Origin: Azolla caroliniana | Taxonomy: Eukaryota; Plantae; Polypodiophyta | Length of the DNA: 64,000 nt | Direction of reading: 5' to 3' | Assembly (NCBI GenBank): GCA_043228905.1 | Contig: JBHGNT010000002.1 | Coordinates: 27,466,001 to 27,530,000 of the forward strand | Shown here: in pieces, positions 1-9,407 of the stretch | Numbering within the stretch: the stretch's first letter is position 1 | Layout: each line of letters begins with the position of its first letter | Notes under the pieces: model-generated | Databases searched by the model: none | Told to the model about the DNA's origin: nothing | Seen by the model: only the letters and a program-made list of their open reading frames with translations | Position numbers and translations under genes: made by a program

Positions 1-1
1 G

Positions 2-1018
2 TTCTTTACTATGGCACACTTTACCTGTACATTCTTCATCATGCCTGTTAACATTTTGTTTGAAATGGAACGGAGAATAGATGGAGTCTGGGATCTGGCC
101 TTCCCTTTCTTCGAGTTCTGTCGTCTCCGTTCCTTCTTCACCATAGCCATGTCGATGATACCCATGGTTCAATATATTTCTACTTTCTTTACAAATATGG
201 GGTCTTGTATCCTTTTCTTTGAAGTAGAACTCGCTCGAAGAAAGGCTGCGACCATCACCATCGATTGAAGTGGTATCATGCTCTGAAGAGTCGATATGAG
301 GAAGATAACAATTTCTTCCGGCTATGGAGGCCTTGTTGTTGTTGGATTTCCATACAGGAGAAGGAGATGAAGAAGCAACAGGTTTTGGCGACGGGAAAGA
401 AAGTTCAGAAGAAGTATGAGAAGAACTAACCGTTGTTTGATTTAATCCAGAAAAACGGTGCATTTTTCTCAGAGAAGAATGAATGGGAAATCTAGGTGAA
501 GGTTGGCCGTCTGGTTCAGATATGGCTGATTTTCGCCTGCTTTTGTTGTCCACCATGTCTGTTTTTTTGTTATAATTGTCCACCGTAGCCGTGTTTCTAT
601 CGACATTTTCCTTCATAGCTGGTTTTCTTCTGCTACCGTTTTCAATCATAGCTGATCTTCTTCTCCGGATATCTGTTTTTCTGCTGTCGTTTTCCACCAT
701 CTCGGCTTTTCCGCAATCGTTTTCCACCATCCCTGATTTGTATGGAAAATCCACGGGAGTCGAGTCTTTTTCGGGGTAGTCTTTCTGCCATATGCAAGCA
801 GAGAGCTGGTCTGTACAGGATCCAGGGCGATCAGAGAGAAGACAGAACCCATTCTCGAGGACAAGCAATACGGAATCAGAGGTCTGGTTGTGGATAGGTC
901 TTTCATGCGATGAGCCATATCGGGGACGCCGGATTGTAGAGGAAGGAGAAGAACAAGAAGAAGAAGAAGCAGCAGCAGCATTAGGGTTAGGGTTAGGGTT
1001 AGAGTTAGGGTTCGGCAT
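2..1018 (-). CDS. First coding exon of an unidentified gene running off the left edge (low-complexity, Ser-rich N-terminus with degenerate MVEND-type repeats)
   Basis: Manual translation from ATG at 1018 gives MPNPNSNPNPNPNAAAASSSSCSSPSSTIRRPRYGSS...HFKQNVNRHDEECTG with no stop in 339 codons to the window edge, so it is absent from the ORF track. Possible donor ACAG|GTAAAG at 25/24. No domain recognised. Confidence 0.7.
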   Translation of the reverse strand, partial: MPNPNSNPNPNPNAAAASSSSCSSPSSTIRRPRYGSSHERPIHNQTSDSVLLVLENGFCLLSDRPGSCTDQLSACIWQKDYPEKDSTPVDFPYKSGMVENDCGKAEMVENDSRKTDIRRRRSAMIENGSRRKPAMKENVDRNTATVDNYNKKTDMVDNKSRRKSAISEPDGQPSPRFPIHSSLRKMHRFSGLNQTTVSSSHTSSELSFPSPKPVASSSPSPVWKSNNNKASIAGRNCYLPHIDSSEHDTTSIDGDGRSLSSSEFYFKEKDTRPHICKESRNILNHGYHRHGYGEEGTETTELEEREGQIPDSIYSPFHFKQNVNRHDEECTGKVCHSKE

Positions 1019-1407
1019 TGATTTCAGGATGATGGGGTTATTTTTTGAATAATATTTGAAAGGAAAATAAATGTGGAGTCTTTTTTTCCCTTCTTTTCGA
1101 GTCATTCAAAGAAATGATTTCTTTGAAGAAAGAAAGAAAAAACTAACCAAACGATTTGGCAAATTCCTTTTGTTATTTATTTTGTTTTTCGAAATTGCTA
1201 AAAGCAAAAAGAAATTTGGAGAGTAGAAAAAATTAAACGAAACTCGAGAAGCTTTTCTTGTTGCGTCATTGTAAAAAAAAGAAAATCCCAACCACACCAA
1301 AGTGTATTTTTCGTATGTATTATGTAATATGTATGTAAGTATATATGTACAAAAAATACTCACTCATCATAACTATGTACACTTGACTTGACTTTGATTG
1401 ACTCTTC

Positions 1408-1701
1408 TTGACTTGGATTTCATTGATTTCACTTGCCTTGGATATAGTGTGACGCTGATGTGCCTCATTCCATTTTCACCCCAACTTGAAATGATATGGA
1501 TTGACCATGGCACGTATTGAAAGAAAATTCCAACGTCAACTAACCCACCAAGTGTTGACTTGAATTTCATTGACTTCACTTGCCTTGGATATAGTGTGAC
1601 GCCGATGTGCCTCATTCCATTTTCACCCCAACTTGAAATGATATGGATTGACCATGGCACGTATTGGAAGAAAATTCCAACGTCAACTAACCCACCAAGT
1701 G
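1408..1701. repeat. 147-bp direct tandem duplication (2 copies)
   Basis: Unit ttgacttg(g/a)atttcattga...aactaacccaccaagtg starts at 1408 and 1555 with only a few substitutions. It explains the internally repeated ORF 1373..1759. Confidence 0.95.
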
Positions 1702-2909
1702 TTGTGTAGTACAATCGACGCTCAATCAACGAATTGCGAAGGAGTGAACTATCTTTCACCGAAAACTCCTCCAGTGGTATTTAAAAATGAAACGATCTTA
1801 ACGAATTCATTTGTGGGGATCGTGTTGCCATTTATCACTCATTCCACGATGCTTGGCAAATTTGTGCGCTCATTACTTATTGATCTGTCTAGCCAAATTG
1901 ATCTTCTACAATTTTATTATCGTTTCGTAACCGTACATCTTCAACTTATTCAACTGCAAATTTGTCATTCATCAAATGTGTGTTTCCAACTAATCTAACA
2001 ATGGCTTTGTTGTTAGTTACTTATCTATGCCCCTAGATCAATTTCACCATGGCTTTGTTGCTTGTTAATGATATGTTTATATGTGTTTGGATGGCTTGTC
2101 GACCATTATATGACAACCTTTTATTGGCATGTGATTGTTTATCCTTCCTCTTGCAATCACCTATTGGCATGTTTGTCGCTCTTATTTTTTGTACCCCAGT
2201 GTTCTTGTTTGTTTTGCACTCCCATCGCTAGATTCCTTTTGGTTTTTGTAGCCACGCCCCAGTCAATCTCACATACGCCACCAAAAAGGATAGTAGACCT
2301 TCGGTTAATTGCGCATTCATTTAAGTGTGCCATTCTATTAAGTGAGCTTTTTTGGGAGACCAAAATCCCATTCAAAAAATTTACATTGTTTCTTCACAAA
2401 ATTACATTCTATTATATTCGAACGAGGAAAGAAAGAAGCATTTGCAAAGCATCTCTATCTTGTCAAGATCGTCTCTATCAGATAAGCTATTGATGTTGGG
2501 GACATTGAAGGAAATGGGTGAGGTTATTGTCGTGATAGGTCATGGTACTAATCATGCATCGACAATTGAAGAAGTGGATGTTAGGGCATCAAAGGAGAGT
2601 TTAGACTTCATGATTATGGATGACAATTTTGCATTAGTGGTATGGCGGGGCTGATTGGTTTATGACAACATACAAAAAGTCATCTACTTCAGATTGACTC
2701 CTATAATTATAGAAAGAAAGATATATTAATGTCTTCTAAGGCCAAAATTGGCCCATGAGACAAATGGTTTACAACAAAAAATGGGATATTTACCCATTCA
2801 TCGAAAGTAAAACATAAAAATAAAAATAGAGTTTTAAGCTAAATAGTTCTAGTAAAATAAAATAACAAACATGTTCTACAATGAAAATGATGGTATACTA
2901 GGCCTAATT

Positions 2910-3465
2910 TCATTTCCATCCAAGTCTCTCGAAGAGAAGCGAGAGGTCAAAGGGTTTCGATGTGGATGTGGCTCGTGGCCCCAATGTAAAAGGTACCCCA
3001 ACCATAGCTTCTAGTCGACGCAGCCCACGTTCCCTTATCTTCTTAATCCTTTCTACTCCGTGTCGAGTTGTTTTGAAGCCCAACATCCGAGGGCGTTTGG
3101 TTGTTCTTTGCATTTTGGCTTCCTCAAGAGAGAGGCCAAGCGGTGTAAGTGTATCCACATTCATCGTCTCCCCTTGTTCCTGAAAAATTACACTAGTTAC
3201 AAGTTGATGAATAGTAAAAGGGTTATGGTTAACACTTTGTAATTTATTCTCCCTATGTTGTTTTAGCTCTAAGATATACCTACCTAGTCTCTTTACATCC
3301 AGGGTATCTAATAGTTTGGAGAGGGTGGGAGAGGGTCCTAATATGTCTTGGCATTCCACTCATATCTCAGTATAAGTTGGGCACTTGCATGTGAAGTGAT
3401 ACTCATCCTCTATCTCTATGTGGCACAACCTACATAGCCTTTCCTCCCTATGGACTCTAGAGAGA
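2910..3465 (-). mobile_element. Non-LTR retrotransposon relic, ORF2 C-terminus (RTEX/L2-like)
   Basis: RVHREERLCRLCHIEIEDEYHFTCKCPTYTEI*ECQDILG...LGRYILEL matches the R-x-C-x2-C...EDE-x-HF-x3-CP-x-Y C-terminal motif of LINE ORF2. In-frame stop at 3360-3362. Confidence 0.7.
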
Positions 3466-3725
3466 AGCCAATGGATAATTTGTTGAGCATGCCCCAATTG
3501 GGTAAAAGGAGCCCACCTATAATTTGATATATAGGAGGTCGTCAATAATCTACTAAGCATGCCCCAAAGAGCCCACTGATAATCCACAATAGATCAGGCC
3601 ATTGATCATTTGTTGAACATACCCCCAATCAGGTGGAAAGAACCCAATGATAATCCGTTGCAGAGCAACCCACTGATAATTTGTTAAACATGCCCCTAAT
3701 CGGGTGGAAAGAGCCCCTAATTGTT
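3461..3725. repeat. Degenerate ~45-bp minisatellite-like array
   Basis: The motif (cccact)gataatttgttgaacatgcccc(t)aatcgggtggaaagagccc recurs about 5-6 times with indels. Confidence 0.65.
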
Positions 3726-4862
3726 TGATCATCTCTAATGTCACATGGAGGAACATCTCCTTCCAAGCCATCTATTGCTTTGTCATTTGCATAACCCTTC
3801 CAGTTAAGGAAGAGAAGATCATGAGGCTAACTGGTGTACCAAATGCCCCTTGTATCAATAGGATTTTCATATTCAACCTTAAGCGCACTTATTCCCCAAT
3901 ATCAATGCGCACTTAACCGAATGTCTACTGTACTTAAATGTTATGTGATTTTAATCATGTTGCAACCATGTTAAGTAATAATAACTCAATATCACATATT
4001 TTTAAAGAAATAAACAAATTTGAGATAGGAAATTAAAAAACTCCTTTCGTGATAGAATCTTGGTTGAGGATTAAATATCTCCTCATATTTCATGTGTTAT
4101 AGCCCTTCCTTCCAATTTCTAAAGGATAGCATTGTATATATTGTATGAAAAGGCATGTTGTATCCCCTTGCACGATAATAATTTCCTAACTCTTGTTGCA
4201 TGCATCTTTGTTCTCTATAATTTTAATTTGAGACATGAGCTTTATGAATGCACTTGGCCAATCCCACATCAAAGCTCCACAACTGAAGAAAAAAATTTCT
4301 TGCTCTTTCATATGGGTGACTATAGGTAGGTGCTACCGGTCAATTGCAGTTACAACAAGATATTACAATTTTTAAAGCACAATTTGAAAATATTCCCTAT
4401 TTACGCTATCAAAGGCACTTTAGGCTTTATTGTATGTAGAACTACATGAGATTGGAGGAACAACTTCAAAGAAACAAGGGAGGGCACAAGTTTCCAACTA
4501 GTAAACATAAAGGGTGAATGGTGAGCGAGCCTATGTGGGAGTTAGTACATGCACTTGCATACATAAGCATTCAAAGAAAATAATTGTTCGCACATGAATA
4601 AATTATCCTTGCATTAAATCTAAGGCATGAAAATTTACGAGTTTAATGGGTTTCCTCAATGTTGCATAATCTCAGGAGAACCATAGCTCGAAGAGATTAT
4701 AAAACAAGTGATGAGGACGGTGGACGAGAGGGATACACAAGAAAGGCCAAAGACATGCTACAACAAGGTATGACCCTATATAGTTTAGATGGGAGAAGAT
4801 TTTGAAGGGCATGACCCTCAAATGGTTCATGGAAAACTTGAGCAAGTAATCATGTGACTTAT

Positions 4863-4899
4863 TGTGTGTGTGTGTGTGTGTGTGCGCGCGCGCGCATGC
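4863..4899. repeat. (TG)n(CG)n compound microsatellite
   Basis: tgtgtg...tgtgcgcgcgcgcgcatgca seen directly. Confidence 0.9.
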
Positions 4900-5109
4900 A
4901 TTACCTACTATGTAAACCCTCTACACACATGGATTTCTTGTGGGGGAATATATCCTTCATAATATTCCAAATGTACCAATGGTTGTCATTAGTAATTACT
5001 AGGGTTTAGAGTTTAGAGTTTCAATATTTTGACTATATTGTTTGGTATTCTTTCCATTTGATATTGATGGTAAAATGTTTACTTGCAATCCCAACATTAC
5101 AAATGTTAG

Positions 5110-6200
5110 TGATTGAATCATGGGAATGGATGTGGGTCTTCCTTGGGCTGATTTAGTTAAGCAATAGCGGCCCACAGTGGTTAAGTGGTGGGAACACAAA
5201 CAAGAAATTAGTAACATAATGGAAAGTGGCAATAAAAATGGAAGAAAATGATTACACTCATAAAAAATTCTATGTGGATGTATCCTTGGGAAGCTCATGT
5301 GGCAGAAAGTGGCTCTGAGGGATGTAAATGATCGGGGCACTTCAATGCTAGAGGGGTTATTCAATACATTAAACAAGTTAATGCAGATGTTGAGAGCTCT
5401 ACCACAATGGTAGAATTTCAGGAATGGATGCCAATTAGAGTGCTTACTAGATCCAAAAATCAAAGTAGATCTAGACAAATGCAAAAATGATGTAGTTTTT
5501 AAAATCTAGATCTTGGAGGATACATGCCTGAAGACCTTGAAGACCTTGGATACAATGGTAGAATTTCAGGAATGGATGCCAATTAGAGTGCTTACTAGAT
5601 CCAAAAAACAATGGGAAGTAGATCTAGAGAGATGCAAAAATGATGTAGTTTTTAAAATCTAGATCTTGGAGGATGCATGCATGAAGACCTTGACATGGGT
5701 TCCAACAAAACTAGGATGGAAAACTCTGAAAGGTAATATTCAGTTTTTCCGTTATTCGTTTAAGCTTGGTTGTAGTATCCTACAATGTAAGAACTTGGAG
5801 CAAGAGGGCCTTTCTAGCAAGTGGATCAGGGAACACTTGGATTATGATTTCCTAAAACAATACTAGAAACAATTATGGGCCACTAAGATTGCCGGAAAGA
5901 TAAAAACTTTCTTATGGCTATGTAGCCACATATCTCTTCCGATAGGCACTTGGCTGCAGAAAAGGGGAATTGATGGTAACTACAGGTTGTGCTCTTCGGG
6001 ACTCAAACCTCTAGAGCATTGCTTATGGGAATTCTCTCATGCAAAGGAAGTTTGATCGAAAGTGATGAGTTATCTCCTTTCCTTTTGTACTGAACACAAC
6101 TATATAACCTATGCAACTTTTACTTAGTGCTAGAGCAATCGAGCGACGGTTCTCTTTGATATTATGTTGATGTGTTTCTTATCCTTGAAGAGAGAAGCAT
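5110..6200 (+). mobile_element. Decayed L1-type LINE fragment (zf-RVT region)
   Basis: 5870-6060 translates as QLWATKIAGKIKTFLWLCSHISLPIGTWLQKRGIDGNYRLCSSGLKPLEHCLWEFSHAKEV, the plant L1 zf-RVT pattern W...KIK.FLW...LP....L.KRG....C...E...H. Stops are present and the boundaries are approximate. Confidence 0.7.
5405..5692. repeat. ~148-bp tandem duplication inside the L1 relic
   Basis: caatggtagaatttcaggaatggatgcc...gaagaccttg starts at 5405 and 5553. Confidence 0.9.
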
Positions 6201-7569
6201 TTCAACTCCAATGAAGAGTGTATAGCTTATTGTTAGAGCAAATCAACCATGGTTCGATAGGTCATTAATTCAATCATAGTTGCGACCAAAAGTAAGAAGT
6301 GGTGATGGAAATAGTTGCAATTTTTCTTTGTATGTAAATGTCATGGTTGTCACTCTTCCTGATGTTGATGGAACATTTAATTTGAGAAGTAGATGCATTT
6401 GAATTCAAGGGTCTACAACCCAGTGGTCAAGCTATCAACTACATTCTAATAGGTCAATCCTAGTTATGCCCTGGAGGAAGAAATGGTGCAACCATTTTAA
6501 CCCATGCATCTCTTTTCATAAAATGTTGATGGTGTTTATAAATAAATGATGTGTTTCTTGTCCTTCTCTTTCAACATGATATTAATGTTATGAAGCATCA
6601 ATATGTTTACTTTGAATGTACAAGGAAATTAATTGGAGTGGTAGAGCAATCACTTGCAATTTGATATGTCATTAGTTCAATACTCGTTCTCCCCTGAACT
6701 AAGATGTGGTGAATAGGGTTTTCTTTCCATTTGAGCTTGAATGAAGCTTTCAGTAACTTAATGGCAAAGCACTTGATCATTGGTTCAATGTGATTATTCA
6801 TAAATAACATATATTTCTCAAATAGGGGTTTCTTTCATATGAGCTTGAATGAAGCTTTCAATACCTTAATGGTAGACCACTCAATCATTAATTCAATGTG
6901 ATTATATATAAATACCATATTTTTGTTGGTTTTATTTGAATATGATGCCAATAGAAGTATTTGAATTTAATTCAAGGGTGTATACCTTAGTGATAGAGCA
7001 ATCATTTGCAACTCAATATTTCATTAGTTGAATTTTGGTTACATCCTAATGTAAAGTTGTGGTGAATAGTGCGGCATATTTCATGTATACATGAATGATA
7101 TGCATGACAACACTGTAGGTCAATCACTTCAATCTTGGGTACGCCCTGTGTGGTGAATAGGGTTTCTGTATTTGCTTTTGTGGCTCTTATTCGTTTGAAC
7201 TCAAATGAATGGTGTATAACTCCATCCAATAGGTCAGTCACGTCAATCTTGGTTGTGCCCTAAAGTAAGATGTGATTAATAGGGGTTTCCATATTTGCTT
7301 GTGTGATCCTTATTCATTTGATCTCAATTGAAGTGTGTATAGCTCAATGGTAACGCCATCAACCACAATTTGGTAGGTACTCATCATTTTCAATCATGGT
7401 GAATATGCATGATTAGTCAGTTTGTGGTGAATATGCTTGAAATTCGGTTTAAAAATACACAATCAACTACAATTTGGTTGGTGCTCATAATTTTCAATCA
7501 TTGTTATTCCCTAACGCAAGAATTGGTCGTGAATATGGTTGAATTTTTTGTTTATATATATTTATATAT

Positions 7570-7641
7570 GGGTGTATAGCCTAGTTGTAGAGCAATTGGC
7601 TACGGTTTGGTAGGTCATCAGTTCAATCCTGGTTGCGCCCT
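7570..7641 (+). pseudogene. tRNA-Cys-derived pseudogene, best-preserved acceptor and T arms
   Basis: 72 nt: acceptor GGGTGTA/TGCGCCC, T arm ATCAG-TTCAATC-CTGGT, discriminator T. D arm and anticodon loop are mutated (CTACGGT). Confidence 0.7.
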
Positions 7642-8207
7642 AGAAGTGGGAAATTGCGGTGAATAATGTGGATTTTTTTGTTTATATATGAATGATATGT
7701 TTCTCATCCCAACACCACATCTTCATGGAAAAGCAATCAGAAGTCGCGAATTTCATTTGGATTCAAATTAATGGTGTATAGCTCAATGGAAGAGTGATTT
7801 GCTACAATCTAGTAGGTATTCTTGAGCCTCAATCATATGGTTATTCCCTAAAGTAAGAAGTGGTGGTGAATAAGGTTCAATTTTGGTTTTATATCGATTG
7901 TGTGCTTCTCTGAAATTCGAACTCAAATTAATGGTGTATAGCTCAATGGAAGAGTGATTTGCTACAACCTAGTAGGTATTCTTGAGCCTCAATCATATGG
8001 TTATTCCCTAAAGTAAGAAGTGGTGGTGAATAAGGTTCAATTTTGGTTTTATATCAATTGTGTGCTTCTCGTGGTTCGCTTTCCATGTGATGTTGATGGT
8101 GTTTATATATAAATGATGTGGCACATATGTTTCTCTTTCCATATGATGTGAATGGTGTTTATATGTAAATGATGTGGTTATCATGCTTAGTTTAGTGTTT
8201 AGTCAAA

Positions 8208-8279
8208 GGGTGCATAGCTCAGTGGTGGAGCAATCGGTTGCAATCTAATTGGTCATCCGATCAATGGTAGTTACTCCCT
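8208..8279 (+). pseudogene. tRNA-Cys(GCA)-derived pseudogene, best-preserved D arm and anticodon
   Basis: 72 nt: GGGTGCA TA GCTC AGTGGTG GAGC A ATCGG TTGCAAT CTAAT TGGTC..., anticodon GCA. T arm is damaged. Confidence 0.7.
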
Positions 8280-8761
8280 AAAGTAGGAATTCATGGTGAA
8301 TAGTGTGGAAATAATCGTTTATATATGAATGATATGTTTCTCATGGCAATGTCATTGCTCAATAGTAAAACAATCACTTGTAGTGTAATAGGTCAATCAC
8401 TTCCATCTTTGTTGTGCCCTAAAGTAAGATGGGTTTTCGTATTCACTTTTGTGGTTATTATTCGTTTGAACTCAATGGACGGGTGTATAGCTCAACAGAA
8501 GAGCGATCAACTACAATATAGTAGGTATTATTGAGCCTCAATCACAGTTATTCCCTAAAGTAAGAAGTGGTAATGAATAAGATTGCAATTTTGGTTTATC
8601 AATTATGTATTTCAAACCGTTTGTTTTTTTCCAAACAAAATATACTCCCATTAGTTTTAAAAAGGCATATCAGCTACAAAATACACAATTGATGGAAAGG
8701 ACGCGATAAATTACAATTATTCACAAGCTTGTCTTATGTAGGAAAATGGCTAGCCATGGGT

Positions 8762-8852
8762 CCTTCATTTGATAGAATTGATTGAGCATTTCCTCAAATT
8801 TCCCATTCTCGACATATCCTGCAATCAGTGCATTCCAAGAGACCTGTTCTTG
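8762..8852 (-). pseudogene. Isolated fragment of a PLS-class pentatricopeptide-repeat (PPR) gene
   Basis: Translates as QEQVSWNALIAGYVENGKFEEMLNQFYQMK, a canonical plant PPR motif (VSWNALIAGY...G..EEAL..F..M). Flanks are non-PPR. Confidence 0.75.
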
Positions 8853-8948
8853 GAGAATTTCAAACCATTTAAAAAAATCGAAACTTAAACCGAACCAAAC
8901 CAAACCAAAACAAACATGAAACCGTTACAAAAAATTCAAGTTCAAATT

Positions 8949-9335
8949 TGTTGAGAGTCAAGCTCAACATCGGCTGGATTGGCTGAAGAAGCCGAGGATC
9001 GGATCGGTTGGGACTGATCAGTTAGGCCGAGTGCGTAAACCGGGAGGCCGTTAGGAAAGATATTCCGTGAGGAATACATTTGGGAGTTAGTGTAGGAGCT
9101 CTTAATGAGCATTGAAGTACTGTCAGTACTTCGGTCAGTCCTTCTAGGACTTGTATAAAAGTGTTCACTGAAGCACGTCTTATGTACAGATCGAGTATTA
9201 TTGTTGAAAATAGTTTTTCTTGTCTTTCTCTCTGTCTCTGCTGCGTATACTGTGTAAGCTCAAGCTCTCCATTAAACCTGAGTGTTCTTCCTTCTATTCT
9301 GTCTTTATACTTGCTTCCGCACGCTACTTTCTACA
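8949..9335 (+). repeat. 5' LTR of copia element
   Basis: Starts TGTTGAGAG, ends TTTCTACA; direct repeat of 14245-14631; contains TATAAAA at ~9154. Confidence 0.97.
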
Positions 9336-9347
9336 TGATATCAGAGC
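9336..9347 (+). promoter_or_regulatory. Primer-binding site (initiator tRNA-Met type, one G>A change)
   Basis: TGATATCAGAGC immediately after the 5' LTR, versus canonical TGGTATCAGAGC. Confidence 0.9.
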
Positions 9348-9407
9348 GTGAGGGTTGAGAACCTCTCCGCAGCCGACACAGCTTGGCGAAGAAGAACAAG
9401 AAGAACG

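Larger units (their letters stand above)
6216..8580 (+). repeat. Tandem array of ~16 degenerate tRNA-Cys(GCA)-like units (pseudo-tRNA cluster or tRNA-derived SINE array)
   Basis: Units at about 6216-6288, 6409-6472, 6623-6695, 6745-6800, 6853-6905, 6976-7047, ~7105-7147, 7210-7261, 7333-7400, 7461-7512, 7570-7641, 7772-7849, 7932-8009, 8208-8279, 8350-8420 and 8481-8556. They share GGGTGTATAGCTCA.TGGTAGAGCAATC..CT(G/A)CA.....TAGGTCA.CAGTTCAATCCTGGTTGCGCCCT, usually followed by AAAGTAAGAAGTG(TG)GTGAATA. Confidence 0.85.

Noticed and set aside
981-1012. TTAGGG telomere-like repeats
   Set aside because: Only ~5 units, and they are the antisense of in-frame Pro-Asn codons of the minus-strand gene; not an interstitial telomere.
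1373-1759. 128-aa ORF with internal repeat
   Set aside because: By-product of the 147-bp tandem duplication; no protein features.
7570-7641. Functional tRNA-Arg(ACG)
   Set aside because: The anticodon position reads ACG only in this copy; sister copies give GCA/ACA, the D stem is broken and the discriminator is Cys-type.
6216-8580. CRISPR-like repeat-spacer array
   Set aside because: Eukaryotic context, no cas genes, repeats are ~72 nt, divergent and tRNA-shaped, and the spacers are related to one another.
9161-9358. Identical small ORFs at 9161 and 14457
   Set aside because: Both lie inside the two LTR copies.
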